Source: the human T2T-CHM13v2.0 reference genome, Homo sapiens
Assembly (NCBI RefSeq): GCF_009914755.1
Contig: NC_060925.1
Strand: one strand, 5' to 3'
DNA length: 64,000 nt
The position numbers and the translations under genes are program-made. The notes under the pieces were generated by a model. That model was not told the origin of the DNA. It did no database searches and worked only from the letters and a program-made list of their open reading frames with translations. The stretch's first letter is position 1, and every line of letters begins with the position of its first letter. Of the stretch, positions 11,801 to 27,834 are shown in pieces.

Positions 11801-14743
11801 CAAACCTGGACCGCCTGCTCCAGCACACTGACAGCCAGGAAAAGCTACAGAATTTGCCACACATACCCCTTGGACCACTCAATAAGCCCTCCATGGGATG
11901 CATACAGAGGAAGCGTAAATTAAATCAATTTAAATCCGTAAGGGGAGATCCAAAAGCGTATTTTAACATTAACTTGAACCTCCTCCCTACCAAAGCTTTC
12001 GTGTTTGTTTTCCCTCATTCCTTAATTGGCTAATTAAGTATTTCATCTTGTCTTTCTCATGCCTTATCTCTAACAAAGCTCACAGCACTGTTCTCAGGCT
12101 TAAAATGAATTTTTTAAAAACACAGCATTTGGTGACTAAGTAATGAAGCTCAAATGCAAGAATTTGATGAAATCCTTGTTCAAAAATGACAAGAATATGG
12201 AACCCAGGGGGGCTATAATATGTAATCAAAGGGTTGATGTTTGCTTCCCCGGAGCAAATTTAAACCTCTAATAAGGAAGGAAGGCACTGGAAAATAAAAA
12301 ATCCTCATAGTTCTTGACACTTAGCCCATCCGTTCAGGGCAAATAAGAATTATTCTAAAAATTCTGATTTTTCTCTGAATTCCTTATGGTGCTTCCCTAT
12401 TAAAAGCCTAACTGTCCTTTCTATTACAGCTACCAGCATGACACAGTATGCACAAATCTGAATAACTCAAGTGTTAATAATAATTACATGTTTAAGCCAA
12501 TGATGGAAACTGGGCAAATGTCTGGGATTAGTGGGAGTGGGCTTCTCTTCAGCCATTTCTCTCATGCAGGTCCCTACACCTTCAGGAAAACTTCTGTGAA
12601 GGGGCTGTTCCTGAGATAAGAAAAGATGCTGGTAGAGGGGCTTGGATAAACACCCAAAGTTGTAGGAAGTCAGTGTGTTCTTCCCACTCTGATGTACTGG
12701 CCTGAGGTCACCAAAAGCTGGATGTCTGCCACCTCAGCCAGGACTCAGCCACTATGAACAATACTACAACACCACTTCAGTCCAGTGAAGAGACACCCTT
12801 GAAAGGCAAACCACGTACAGAATGCTACTGCATTGTAAGAAACTTTTCTAGGCAGGATTTGCTGAATCCTGGGCCATTAGTCTACAAAAATGTGCAAGAT
12901 AGTGTTTTCTATTTTCATAAAGTTTCAGAGAAAAGAACGACTTTAGCACAACTGTGCTAAAGCAATAGTAATGACTTAAAAGCAGAGAAAAGTATAACAA
13001 ACTTAGTGACATACAGATGAACGAATTTTGCACCTCATGGCCACCCATTCAGACTGGGCAAAAAGGGCATCATGCCATTCAGCTCCCGCTCATTAAGGCT
13101 GTCATTTCTATGGCACAAGCTTCAACCTCATCACCAAACAATTAGCTAACTTTATAATACAAGGTCCGTAATGCTGCGGTATTACCACACCTACGGCTGT
13201 CAAACAGCCTTTTTAAAAAAGGAATCATTGCTTGAATGTGGGGGACAAAAAAGAAGAATCAATACCATTTTAATGAAACCGAGCATGGGCCAATTAAAAT
13301 GTAGATGATCATACAACAGCTGCTTGTGGTAAAAACAGCAGCAGGCATGGAGGTGTATCCAATTAGGGAGGCCTTGGCTCCTCTGTAAGCTACTTGTGGT
13401 TCCCATAAGTGGCTAACGTGCTTCTAGATTTATTTCTGATATTGGGGGTGGAGAGAATGCTATCCCAGCAACACTGCACCAACATGGCCATAAATGCCCC
13501 TCAGGCCCCCAGATGGCTAGGGAAACTTTCTGTCCTTCTTGTGTTCACTCTGCACGAGCTGTTTCCTCTGCCTGGAATACACCCTCCAGAGGAGCACAAC
13601 CTCTATCCTCTAAGTGTAGTGCACCCTTCACCAGGACCAAGCTCGCCTCAGACTCTCACAGAACCCCTCTTCCATGTATTATCATTCTTCACCGGCCTTC
13701 AAGTTTCCTCCACTAGGCTGCAGACTCCTGCCCTGTGATCTCATTTAGCATCTTTCTATCCTCTGTTCCTAGCAGAGTAGAAGCTGGGTTTGTTGGATGA
13801 ATGAGTAAACTAATCCATTTCAAGAAGTTAACACATTGGTGGAAACTCTGTAACTGCCCGCACCTGCAGTCTAGAGATTCCTCACCTTCACAAAGAACCT
13901 GCGACAGCCAGTCCCTAGACTTAAGCGGAAACCCCACAATTTCTGAAATTGTAGGTGGGGATGAGAAGGTTGGAGAACAAGAACCCAAGGAAGTGAGAGG
14001 GAAAGGGAGATAGGGGCAGCGTTACCTCACTGCTCTCTCCAAACGAAAAGGTGTAAACCCCATTTACAAGTATTCAAACCTGAGATCTGGGGGTCACGTG
14101 GGGAAGGAGAGGCTGTTAATACCTACAACTTTGGAAGTTTGAGGTGAAGACCTGATCTGAAATTGTTTGGCCACAGCTTTTTTTCTACGAGCCAGCTCGA
14201 CCACCCAAGTAGGAGCCTCGACGCCCAGGAGTTCGGTGGCACCACTGGGGCCTAGTGAGAGGGCAGGAAAACTCCGCTCCCCTCAAGATTCCTTCCCGGT
14301 GGTGGTGGGGTGTGATTGGGAGCGTCGGGCAGCTGCATCCCCCTACCGCTGCAGCGACCGCGACGTCGTTCGTCTTTCATCCTCTAGCCCCCAAGGTCTA
14401 GGTATCTCTAGTTGCCCTTCCGAGGCCCTCTCTCGTTCCCAAAACGCAGAAGGGAATGGAGAGAGGGGACCAGGGTGTGGGTTTAACCACAAACTCCCCA
14501 GACTGCGCTCACCTTCCAGCTCGCTCCCGGGACCAGCTTTGCGCCTCACCGCGGGCAGCTCCCACCGCGAGATAACACCCCTGCGGCCCGGCCACCCCGC
14601 GCCCCAGGCTGCCCTGCCAGGCGTCCCGGGCCGCCAATCTCAAGTTGGCGTTGCCAGCGTCTGCCCAAGTCATCTGCAGGGCGCCCGGAGCGCCAAGGCG
14701 GCCTCCAACCTCGGGCCCAACTCCCGGCTTGGACGGGGCTTAC

Positions 14744-15242
14744 CTGCTTACATGGCCCCCGTGGCGCCCCGGAGTCCCGCGCGGAAAGGCTGTCCTTCGC
14801 GGCGGCGGAGCCGATTCCCCACGGAATTGATTCCAGTGACTGGCGGAGGAGGGGCGAAGGGAAGGAGCCGCAGGAGGCGAAAGGGGAGGGAGGTTTCCGC
14901 CGCGATCCCGGCGCGAGAGTCCGAGCAGAGGCGCACCGGGGGAGAAAAGGAGAAAAACCTAAGCACGGGGCTGTCCCGCCCGAGGAGGCCGGGGAGGATG
15001 GCTCAGCTGGGAGGGGAAGGAGCGCCAGTGGCCACTTGATGTCTGTCTAGGGCTCCCCGAGGACCTGAGCCAGGAGAGCAGGCGGCTGAGCCCGGAGAAG
15101 CACAGCAACCTGCCCCCGAGTCTGCGCCCGCTGCGCTCACTCCGCCGAGAAAAAGTTGGAAAGAACTTTGAGGGGCCGGGAGAGCCAGAGCGGCAGGAAA
15201 TGCGAGCGGCCGGGAGAGGAGGGAGGAAGGGGCCGTGCGAGT
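14744..15242 (-). other. PTPN14: Non-coding first exon (5' UTR), recognised as PTPN14 exon 1
   Basis: Minus-strand ACTCGCACGGCCCCTTCC...GGGGGCCATGTAAGCAG matches my recollection of the PTPN14 mRNA 5' UTR and ends at a CAG|GTAAGC donor. TSS position is approximate and the gene identity is from memory. Confidence 0.75.
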
Positions 15243-15357
15243 GGGAGGGGACGGAGCAGGCGCCGGCGGCCACGGCTCCCCCACCCCAGAGCCGGGCTCC
15301 GCGGCCCTGGGGGCCGGGAGGCGGAGGGAGCGCTGGGCGCGCGGCCGGGGGCGGGGA

Positions 15358-15491
15358 GGAATGCGGCCCGGGAGGGCGCGCGCCGGGGGCGCCGCGGGCG
15401 CGCGCTGAAACGTGGATTCCCCAGCTCCCGAGCTCCCGAGCTGGAGGCGCGCCGTCCTTGGGGACGTCACAGCGCTGGAATCCGAGGAATG
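15358..15491. promoter_or_regulatory. TEAD (MCAT) motifs in the proximal promoter
   Basis: GGAATG at 15358-15363; tandem GGAATC-CGA-GGAATG at 15477-15491. Confidence 0.6.
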
Positions 15492-16390
15492 CCGGGCTGC
15501 AGGAGCTCCTTCTGCAGGCCCGGAGAAGTCGCACACTTTTAATGGGGTAGTTTTGGAAAATGTTTTAAAAGGTGGGGGCCGAGGACGGAGGACCGGATGA
15601 AACTCCCTGGAGTAAGAGACGTGGAAGTGGAGAGAGCAAGGCGACCGCAGCCACCCCAACCCTGGGCTGCTCCCGCCGTTGGGGAGAAAGAGGCAAGGCA
15701 AGGAAGAGCCCACCTAGACTTCCGAGGACCGCAGAGACGGGGCGGCGGCAGGAACTTGCTCACCCCGACCTACATTCAGGATAGTCCACCTTATATTGGG
15801 GAACCCTCCAAGCAGGACGTTTCATGCAGCCACCCCACAGGGGAAAACAGACCAGGAGAAAGTAAGGTGGCCTCACCAAGTAGGCAATCTCAGAGATCTC
15901 TCCCTAGAACCTCTGGGTACTGGACCCGGTGTCTTAGCCTTCTCTCCCTGCCCCCTCCCGCCCCGTAGGAATGATAAAAAGCAGCCTGTGTGCTGAGAGT
16001 TGGAAAATGTCGTTTTCCCGGTTTGTTCCATGCCACAGAATCGCCCCACCCTGCCTGGGTAGGCACTGGGAGGGAACTTCCTTAGCACTTTCGGAGGTGG
16101 AGTTAATGAGACGCAGCTGGTATGATGGAAAAAGCTCGGAGCCAGGCGACTGAACCTGGGTTTTAGGCCCTGCCCGATTGGATAACTGAGGAGTATCCCA
16201 GCCCCTGAGATCCTAGGTTTCTGTAGCTGCAAAATTAAATAATTTGTCTAGATTTCTGTGGTCCTTTGCATTGCTACAAACATGTCTTGGGATTTATCTC
16301 GGTAAGATTCCAGTCCTTTGTTGAAAAGGGACCTTGAAGTCGTTGGCACACAATGTATTGTCCCAAATCACTTCAGTGTCCGGCAACTCA

Positions 16391-16745
<355 letters not shown>

Positions 16746-16949
16746 TCCGTAGTGACTCTGATTTTCTTCGAGCATCTGCCAATCTCTAGAACTGTAAATT
16801 AGAGAAAACGCCGAGTGCAATGCAAAAGTGATGGAAAGAAAAGGTTGAAGGGAAATCAACTTTCTCACATTTTAAAGGAAATAGCTGTACAGACGTGCTG
16901 GGTTTCCAAAGAAAACATTAGGCAGTGCCTGACTGTGTTCCAGAAAGTG

Positions 16950-17070
16950 TGGAAAGCACTCCCCCATTCCTAGATGAGGAAAGTGAGGCATGAAGAAATT
17001 ACCTGTCTCACTGAGGGTCATACAACTAGGAAGATATGATCAGGGCCCTAGTCTGTCAGGCCTAAAGTGC
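16950..17070 (-). mobile_element. MIR SINE
   Basis: CCCATTCCTAGATGAGGAAAGTGAGGCA...GGTCATACAACTAG. Confidence 0.7.
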
Positions 17071-17724
17071 ATGCTCTTCATCTCTTTGAAATTGGACCCA
17101 AACAGGATTAGGATTAAAGATAAGAAAATGCCTTCAGGATCTCAATGTAAAACTCTGGCTTTTGCTCTTTCCTGGGAGATGGGAGACCTCTTGCTTGGTG
17201 TCTTTTCTAGTGAAAAGACACTAGGAAATATATTGTGTTGCTCTAACATCACTGTGCTACCAAACTGAGCACAGCACCCTGAGGCTGTTGTGGCATAAAA
17301 GAAGCAGCAAAGGACTTGTTGTCCTTCTTGGGCAGACACAAGGGTTCCGGTTCTGCCTCTGACCAGCCTTGGGACCCTGATCAAGGCACTTCACCTCTAG
17401 GCCTGAATTTATTTTCTAAGTAGAGTGTGGCAAAGAGGGCAGAGCTTGGTTGGAATAGTTCATCTCTGAGGTCTTTCCCAGGACTAAACTTCCATCAAAG
17501 TACTCTTCTCCAGATAGATGGCATGCCTGTGGAGGAAGCTAAGCAATAAAGCCAGTGGATAAAGCCAGTGTCTGGGGACAGGACTGTTTTCACACCACCT
17601 TCAGATGAGAATGAATGTTGAGACTCCAATGAATGTGGCTGAGTGTTCAATGATAAGTAAAGCTAAGATTTAGCACTAACCCTGTGGACACATTTTAAAA
17701 ATTTAGATAATTTTACTTACAGGA

Positions 17725-17946
<222 letters not shown>

Positions 17947-18045
17947 TTATTAACTTAAAAGCCTATAGAGTGTATCTGACTAGCCATATTTCTTTTTCTT
18001 TAGAATAGATCACAGAAAGGCAATACAAATAAGAATATTTTCTAA

Positions 18046-18417
<372 letters not shown>

Positions 18418-19019
18418 TCAAAAAGAAAAAAGAAACCCATTTCCTAAATCTTTGTCACACTCAAGTCTCCTTATACTACATCAGGGTGAAAAGGAATTCG
18501 ACTCATGGAATAGGTCCTGAACACATCACTACATGTTTGCTTTAAAGCTTTGCAATTGTAAGAACTTATCAATATTACATTTCTCAAAGCAATTACCAGA
18601 TTCTTATAAGCCCAATTCAAACTACAAATACAAAGAAGAATCCCGTGGGCTTCCACAATTCCTCCCAGCCCCAATGTGTTCCTCTCATTAATGCATTCAT
18701 TTTACACCTTCAAAGATGCTGAAGCCACTGAAAGCAGAACAAGTTCCCCAAATCAAAGCCAACTGGAAAGTAAGCCTGCTTTGTTAAGAAAACTCTGATG
18801 ATCTCTAGGGGCCTTTTACAAATTTTTAAGTTTTATATGTACATGTATGTATATAGTCCAGCTTAATTCCAATTCCTAAAAGGATGTTTAGCAACTTGGA
18901 GTAATGGAGAGAAGTGGGAAGCTTTTTCAAATATACATCCTCTCTGAATCCTCTGCTTCTGTATCTTATGCCCTGGGTCTAGGGTAGAGATGGGTTATGG
19001 TGGGAGTTGGGAGGAGTGT

Positions 19020-19268
19020 AATATTTTTAGACAGTGTTTTAGGAAGATACAATTCACATTCAATAAAAAGCACAACTCTTAAGTGTAGATGCAGCTTGAA
19101 GACCTTTTCATGTGTATACATGCATGGGGCCACCACCCAGGTCAAGATATAGAAAACGTCCATCTCCTCAGGAAATTCCCTTGTGTGACTTTTTAGTCAG
19201 TATCACCCTTCTACCACCATGGATTTGTTTTGCTGGTTATTAAACTTCATATAAATGGAATCATATTT
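19020..19268 (-). mobile_element. Old L1 (L1M) 3' fragment
   Basis: ACAATTCACATTCAATAAAAAGCACAACTCTTAAGTGTA...ACCACCCAGGTCAAGATATAGAA...CATATAAATGGAATCAT. Confidence 0.7.
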
Positions 19269-19324
19269 GTGTGTGTGTGTGTGTGTGTGTGTGGTGTGGT
19301 GTGTAATACATATAAATTTGGAGG

Positions 19325-19545
19325 AGGAGGAAACACCAGAGCTCCTCCTCTCTACACATGTGAGAACACAATGAGAAGCCTGCAAGCCAAGGAGAGAGAT
19401 CTCACCAGAAACCAACCCTTACAGCACCTAATCTTGGACTTTCAGCCTCCAGAACTGTGAGAAAATTAATTTCTGTTGTGTAAGCTACATAGCCTGTGGT
19501 ATTTTGTTACTGTTTCGTTATTGCAGCTCAGTCAGACTAATACAC
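19325..19545 (+). mobile_element. MLT1 LTR fragment
   Basis: CTGCAAGCCAAGGAGAGAG...ATCTTGGACTTTCAGCCTCCAGAACTGTGAGAAAATTAATTTCTG...GACTAATACA. Confidence 0.8.
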
Positions 19546-19566
19546 CGAGGTAAGTGGTTGCGGGGT

Positions 19567-19568
<2 letters not shown>

Positions 19569-19620
<52 letters not shown>
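19569..19620. repeat. (GT)n microsatellite
   Basis: About 26 perfect GT units; a shorter (GT)n lies at 19269-19300. Confidence 0.95.
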
Positions 19621-19621
<1 letters not shown>

Positions 19622-20859
19622 TGCTTTAACATGGAAATAAACTTGAGACTTCAAGTGCCCTGTATTTATATGTGTACCAGGCCATGCAGTACCTAAGTAC
19701 ATGATAGAGCCAAGATTCAAACCTGGACCTTTCTCATTCCAGTTTGTGTTCTTTCTATTCCACCTTGTTGCTGTACAGATTATTCAGCACTGCTGTATGT
19801 CAGGAATAGCATTAGGAAGTAGCAGAAAGTATATGGTGAAAACAGAAAATAAAAGCATTAACAAGATAGTGTGTGTGTTTAAAATTCTCCATCACCAAAG
19901 TTTACCAGGGGACAGCTGGTACTTCGCTGATATCAAATTGGGGTAATGGGAAAAGACATGTCTGGAGTACGTGTCTCCAGTTGTTTTAAATCCTTCTTTT
20001 TTCACGTTCTTCTGAGCGCAGCCATTACAAAGGGGAGTGGAAGCTGCTACTGTAAGATCAGAGAACAAGTCCTTTCGAAGGACTTTGATACCTAGGTACT
20101 ATTTATTTTGTTAGTTTCCAAGATTCCTATGAGTTAATGTCCTCACCTATTAGCCACGTGGAGTCCAAGAGGCGTCAGGTTGGGTGAAGGGTCCTTCTAG
20201 CACACAGGAGGCTGCCTCTGGCGGGCCTGAAGTCACATTTTCTTGACTTTCTCAGAATGTGGAATAGTTTTTGTTCGTGACATCAATCTCCAAAAGTCAG
20301 AAATACCCTAATTTCTAAGAATAGTTAGTTATTAATTTCTCATTCATGAACTGAGCTAAACTGTTCTTCGTGCTGTTTATATCTCTACCTGGGCCAACTC
20401 CTAGGAAGGTACACAGCTATAGAATTCACTGTGAGTGGCCAAGGAGCCAATAACACCTTCACGGAGTTGAATGAGAGCAGGTAAATGATATCTGTAATTA
20501 GCCCCATTTAGTACTCTCCAAAATACCTACTTGCTGCCATTTTGTGTCATGATAGTGAGAATAGATATTAGGTGAAATCATTGTTCATAGGAGATAAAGT
20601 GATGATGTTGTAAAAAGTCAAGTTAGCCAGGACATTTCTGACTTAAATAGTCAACAGATACCCCTCCTCCAATATGTACATTTTTTTTAGTCCTTTCCCA
20701 CCAAACTTGGAAGAAAATTATTTGAAGCTAGGAGTCTTTCCCTTCTCATAATGATGATGTTTAGATCAAAGGGGCCAGTCCAGATGTAGCCCTCTTGCTG
20801 ACACTGTCTCTGGTAATATTTGTAGCTGCACTGACTTTCTGAAACTGTATCTTATTTGA

Positions 20860-21207
<348 letters not shown>

Positions 21208-22123
21208 TGACTCTTCTCCTTATAGTAGTCCTAGATGCCAAATTTAAATAAAGCCCTAAATAGGTGGCAATTCATTCATTTGTCTTTTATATCCCTAGTT
21301 CTGGGCTTTTTAAAAAATTTTATGCATGGACTATGAGACTTAATGTTTTTTTTTAATGTACTTTAAACACCTAGATAAAGCTGTCAACAAATAATAATGC
21401 AAACCAGATTCATGAAGATGCAAACTGGATAGGCTTCCAGACTGGTTACAAATTCAGAGGTGTCTGGAAAGTCAAATAAGAACAGGGATGCATTTGTTTC
21501 CGATATCAGCAGCTGTGACCAGAACACCTCTCTGAGAGGTATGGGACCTGAAAGGAATCTTCTGCTGTGATTAGTGACAAGGAACAACCTTCACTGGGGG
21601 AGGAAGGATCGAGTTGTGTTTGGGATGCCTTTCTAAAGAACATGGCCACCCCAGCCTGAAGGGGTGAGATAGGGTTACCCACGGGGTATGGGCAGGGTTG
21701 TGTAAGAGAATCCAACAGCACTAAATCAAAACCTCCCCCAAGACCGGCTGCTTCCTGGCTGCCTCCCCTAGAATGAGGGGGTGACTCAGAGTGTGACTGA
21801 CTCTGGTACTTCAAACATGTCTGAGTAACTCCCACAGACCTGGACAAGGGCAATTAGGGGACTGGTTTGGAATGACCACTGAGGATTGAAAGATACTTCC
21901 TGTGGCCAGCAGAGAAAAGGCAAATTGTCTGGGAAACTCAGTTTTAAGATGTCTTCTGCCTCAACTGTGAGGCAGATGTGTCTTCTAAAATAATAAATCT
22001 TAGAAGCCAGAAAAAGCAGATTAACATATGAAGGCAAACGCTGGACTTCACTCCATGATGGACACCTCTGATTTCATGTGACGTGCAAGACAAAAATTTT
22101 CAAATGGTGAAAGAGGAACTGAC

Positions 22124-22428
<305 letters not shown>

Positions 22429-23428
22429 TAAATGAAAAAATAAAATTTTTATTATTTTTATTAGAGTCTCTTCTCACATAAAAATAACTAACTGCCAGTT
22501 ATTTTCCTGTTCTCTGAATTCTACATCTATTCTGTTATTTAATCTTTATAACAACCCTAGGAGATAGGTGTTACAATCGCTTCTGTTTATAGATAAGGAA
22601 ACTAAGGATTAAAGAGATGAAGTAACTTGTCTCTTTTTGTTGCTATTTTAGATTGTGGCTTTCCATATTTTCAGGATTTTGATATTTGTTTGTTTATTTA
22701 GGATCTCGTCACATAGAGTTGAGACACCCACACTTTATCCTCATTCCTAACACATTCTCTTCCTCACTTCAAGCACTGCCTCTCTTCTGTTTATTTTATA
22801 ATTCCTCCCCCTTTATTTCCTATTCCTAACTGAATTCTCCCCCTGCAGCCCGGCTTCTGAGGTAGTGCAGCTAAGGCAGTAAATAACAGTTAATCACATA
22901 TAGTATACTCAAGCTAGATTGCCTGGGCAGACCTCCTTGTTTTGCAGTTTACTAGCTGTGTGACATTAGGAAGTTCTCTGTCATTATTACTTGAACCATT
23001 TGCTTCCCACCATTTTGTTTTTTCTTCCGGTATTTCTAATAGACTTGGACACCTGATTATCAAATTCCTTCATTTTCTCTCTCTTTTTTTTCCATTCTCT
23101 ATCCTTATCCTTTCCTAGTGCATCCCAGGGTAACTCCTTGACTTAATCTTCCAGATCATGTCTTTACTAGATACCTTGAATATTGAAGCAATCCATCAAA
23201 TTCTTTATTCAATAACTGCAGGATTCATTCTCAATATTTCTAATTCTTTTACTGAACTGTCTATTCTCACTCCATGTTTCTAGTATCTTCTCTCAACTTT
23301 TCAAGCATATTTGTTCTTTTCTTAAATGTTATTTTTAATTGATACATAATAAATGTACATATTTTCATGGCACTTGTGATAATTTAATACATTCATATAA
23401 TTTATAAAGATCAAATCAGTTAAATTGA

Positions 23429-23778
<350 letters not shown>

Positions 23779-24638
23779 AAATATTTCTTTTCTTTAGGCT
23801 AGAAATTACTTTCGTCCAGATATTTTGAAATATATGACAGATTATTGTTATTATTTTTGTTTGAAATTCTTTCTCTGTTTTCCATTAGTTCTACTTTCTC
23901 TGGTGTAAGCTGTTTCATTGGTTTGTTGTTTCTCAAACTTATGGTTCTCAGAATTTTCCCTCTGAGCTTATCCTTGTTCCTTTGGGACCATTTGCTGCCT
24001 TACTAGTAAAATGCATCCATGGAAAGGGGCACAATTCTAGCCAAGCGTGTGCTTCTCCAGGTGAATTGGTGTCTATGTTGTTGTGTGTGATTATGTGAGG
24101 GGCATAGCATTGTGCTCAACTGGTCTCCAAGCAACCTCTGAATAATCTTTTATTGGACACAGCCACTCTATCATAAGCGGATGCCCACAGGGTAGTGACA
24201 GCAGGGATGTATGTGTGTGTGCGGTGGTGAGGGGGTTAATTCTCAGGGGCTGGTCAAACCAACTACATGCATTGCCATCTGCTCATAAGCACACTAAGCT
24301 ATGGCACTGCCTTGCAGCTATCATGCTGCCACTAGCCTGTACTGCTAATGTCCTGCCTCTGCAGTACCAAGTTGGGAGTGGCACAGGGAATCTGCCTAGG
24401 GGATGAGGAAAGGGCAAAACTAAAACAAAATTTTTCCCAAACCCGTTCCCTATTTGTGACCTCAGACCCACTTCACCTGCTAACCAGTGGACCAAATCAA
24501 CTTCTATCTACCCCAAGGATTTCTGCGGTTTGTTGCTGAGCACAGCCTGAAGATCCATCTTCTCCTCTATCTTCCTGCGGCATCTCCTCCAGGAGACAAC
24601 TCTCAGTCTGTGCTGCTGTGCTGCTTGTCTTTTCTTCC

Positions 24639-24934
<296 letters not shown>

Positions 24935-25244
24935 CATGCTGCTTTTCTGTCTTGTCCCAAACCAGAAGCCTTGTAAGTTTTCCAAGATCACCAAGCTGGT
25001 CAATGATAGAGCTGGGGCTCAAACTCTAATCTATCTGACTCTAAACCTTGTGCTTTTAACCCCAGCACTACACTCAGGGTTTTCTGAGACTTTAAAGATG
25101 ATCACATCAAATTATCCATCCAGCTAAAAATTTTATTTTATTCCAAATATTTCCTACTAAAGGAAACCTGGGCTCCTTGGAGAAATGGCAAACTCTTGGT
25201 CTCAGGGTGAAAAATATACAAGAAAACTTACAAAAGAACATGGG

Positions 25245-26382
<1,138 letters not shown>

Positions 26383-26389
26383 AATAGCA

Positions 26390-27780
26390 CAAAAGTTATA
26401 CATAACCAAAGGACCAAATGACTCAGAAACTACCTTGAAATACACTTTCATGGCTAAAGAAGGGCCAATTTTACCATCAACAGGAAAATAATGGCAATTA
26501 GTTGAAACACTTCAACTGTGTTTAAATCCCTAAGTTCACGATGGTGCAAGAAAAAAAAAGTAATTAGTCACCAATGGAACCAACTTATTATTTTGAAAAA
26601 CGATAAATGGATAGAAATAAATCATTCATCTTTTTTTCTAAAAAATGATACCACTGATTAGTCATAGATGAGAATGGGTTTTCCATTATGGAAATATTCT
26701 AGATAATAAATGAAAAAGGATGATAAAATTAAAATACCACCATTTTGTGGCTTTTGGTACAGTAATGGATCCAGGCATGACTATCAGTGGTTGCTAACAT
26801 GACAAAAACAGAGATGATCAGACATTAGACTATCACCATTTTGTTCTGAGAAAGATAGCCTCAATCTACCAAATCTGTAGAGCAGATTCAGCTACCAATT
26901 TACAAAAAATACCTGAACAAAGGAATATGTTCAAACAGACTCAGAGACGCAATCAGAGGAATCTAGGCTGTGGAAAACAATAGCAAATTTTTTTTTTTTT
27001 TGAGACGGAGTCTCACTGCTGCCCAGGCTGGAGTGCAATGGCACGATCTCGGCTCACTGAAACCTCCGCCTCCCAGGTTCAAGTAATTCTTCTGCCTCAG
27101 ACTCCCAAGTAGCTGGAATTACAGGTGCGTGCCACCACGCCCGGCTAAATTTTGTATTTTTAGTAGAGATGGGATTTCACCATGGTGGCCAGGCTGGTCT
27201 CGAACTCCTAACCTCGTGATCCACCCGCCTCAGCCTCCCAAAGTGCTGGGATTACAGGCGTGAGCCACCACGCCCGGCAGGAAATTTTTTTTTAACAAAT
27301 ACATTTCAAAAAGAGGGGGAACAAATAGGAGTACTCTATAGATTAAAAAGGACTTAAAAGACATATCAACTATCTATCTCATGTGACCTTACTTGTATCC
27401 TAATTCAAATAAACTCTAAAACAAGAAAGCCATTTATGCTCTTTATGAAGAAATTTGCACACTGGCTGGATAGATATTAAGGAATTATTGTAAAATATTT
27501 TAGATGTGATAGCTGGCATTGAGTTTATGTAACATTAAAGAATCCTTCTCTTTTAGAGTATTATTGAAATACTTATGGTTGAAATGTTCTGGCATCTGGG
27601 TTTTGTTTCCAAATAACACAGACATGGGAAAGGGGTATATAGGCAAAGCAAGATTGGGCAATGAGTTGATGACTCATGAAGCTGGGTGATGGCTATGTGG
27701 GGGTTAATTATACTATTATGTATTATGTTTAATTTTGAAAAAGTATGAAATAATAATAAAGTTAAAAACCTAAAAGTTTT
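26390..27780 (+). mobile_element. Old L1 (L1MC/ME) 3' UTR fragments
   Basis: TATAGATTAAAAAGGACTTAAAAGACATATCAAC...GAAGCTGGGTGATGGCTATGTGGGGGTTAATTATACTATT. Confidence 0.65.
26988..27278 (-). mobile_element. Alu (AluSg-like)
   Basis: Reverse Alu consensus. Confidence 0.95.
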
Positions 27781-27834
27781 TAAGAGAAATATATATTACA
27801 AAATAATATATTTTCTTTTTCTCTCTCTCTCTCT

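Larger units (their letters stand above)
14180..15770. promoter_or_regulatory. CpG island promoter
   Basis: Very high GC and CpG density (many CGCG, CCGG) against a CpG-depleted background; GC box GGGGGCGGGG at about 15347-15356; CRE-like GACGTCA at 15463-15469; no TATA box. Confidence 0.95.

Noticed and set aside
14167-15039. 290-aa plus-strand ORF and other long overlapping ORFs in the CpG island (14959-15534, 15003-15713)
   Set aside because: The ones checked have non-ATG starts; all are R/P/G/A-rich with no recognisable domain. Long open frames are expected in GC-rich, stop-poor DNA.
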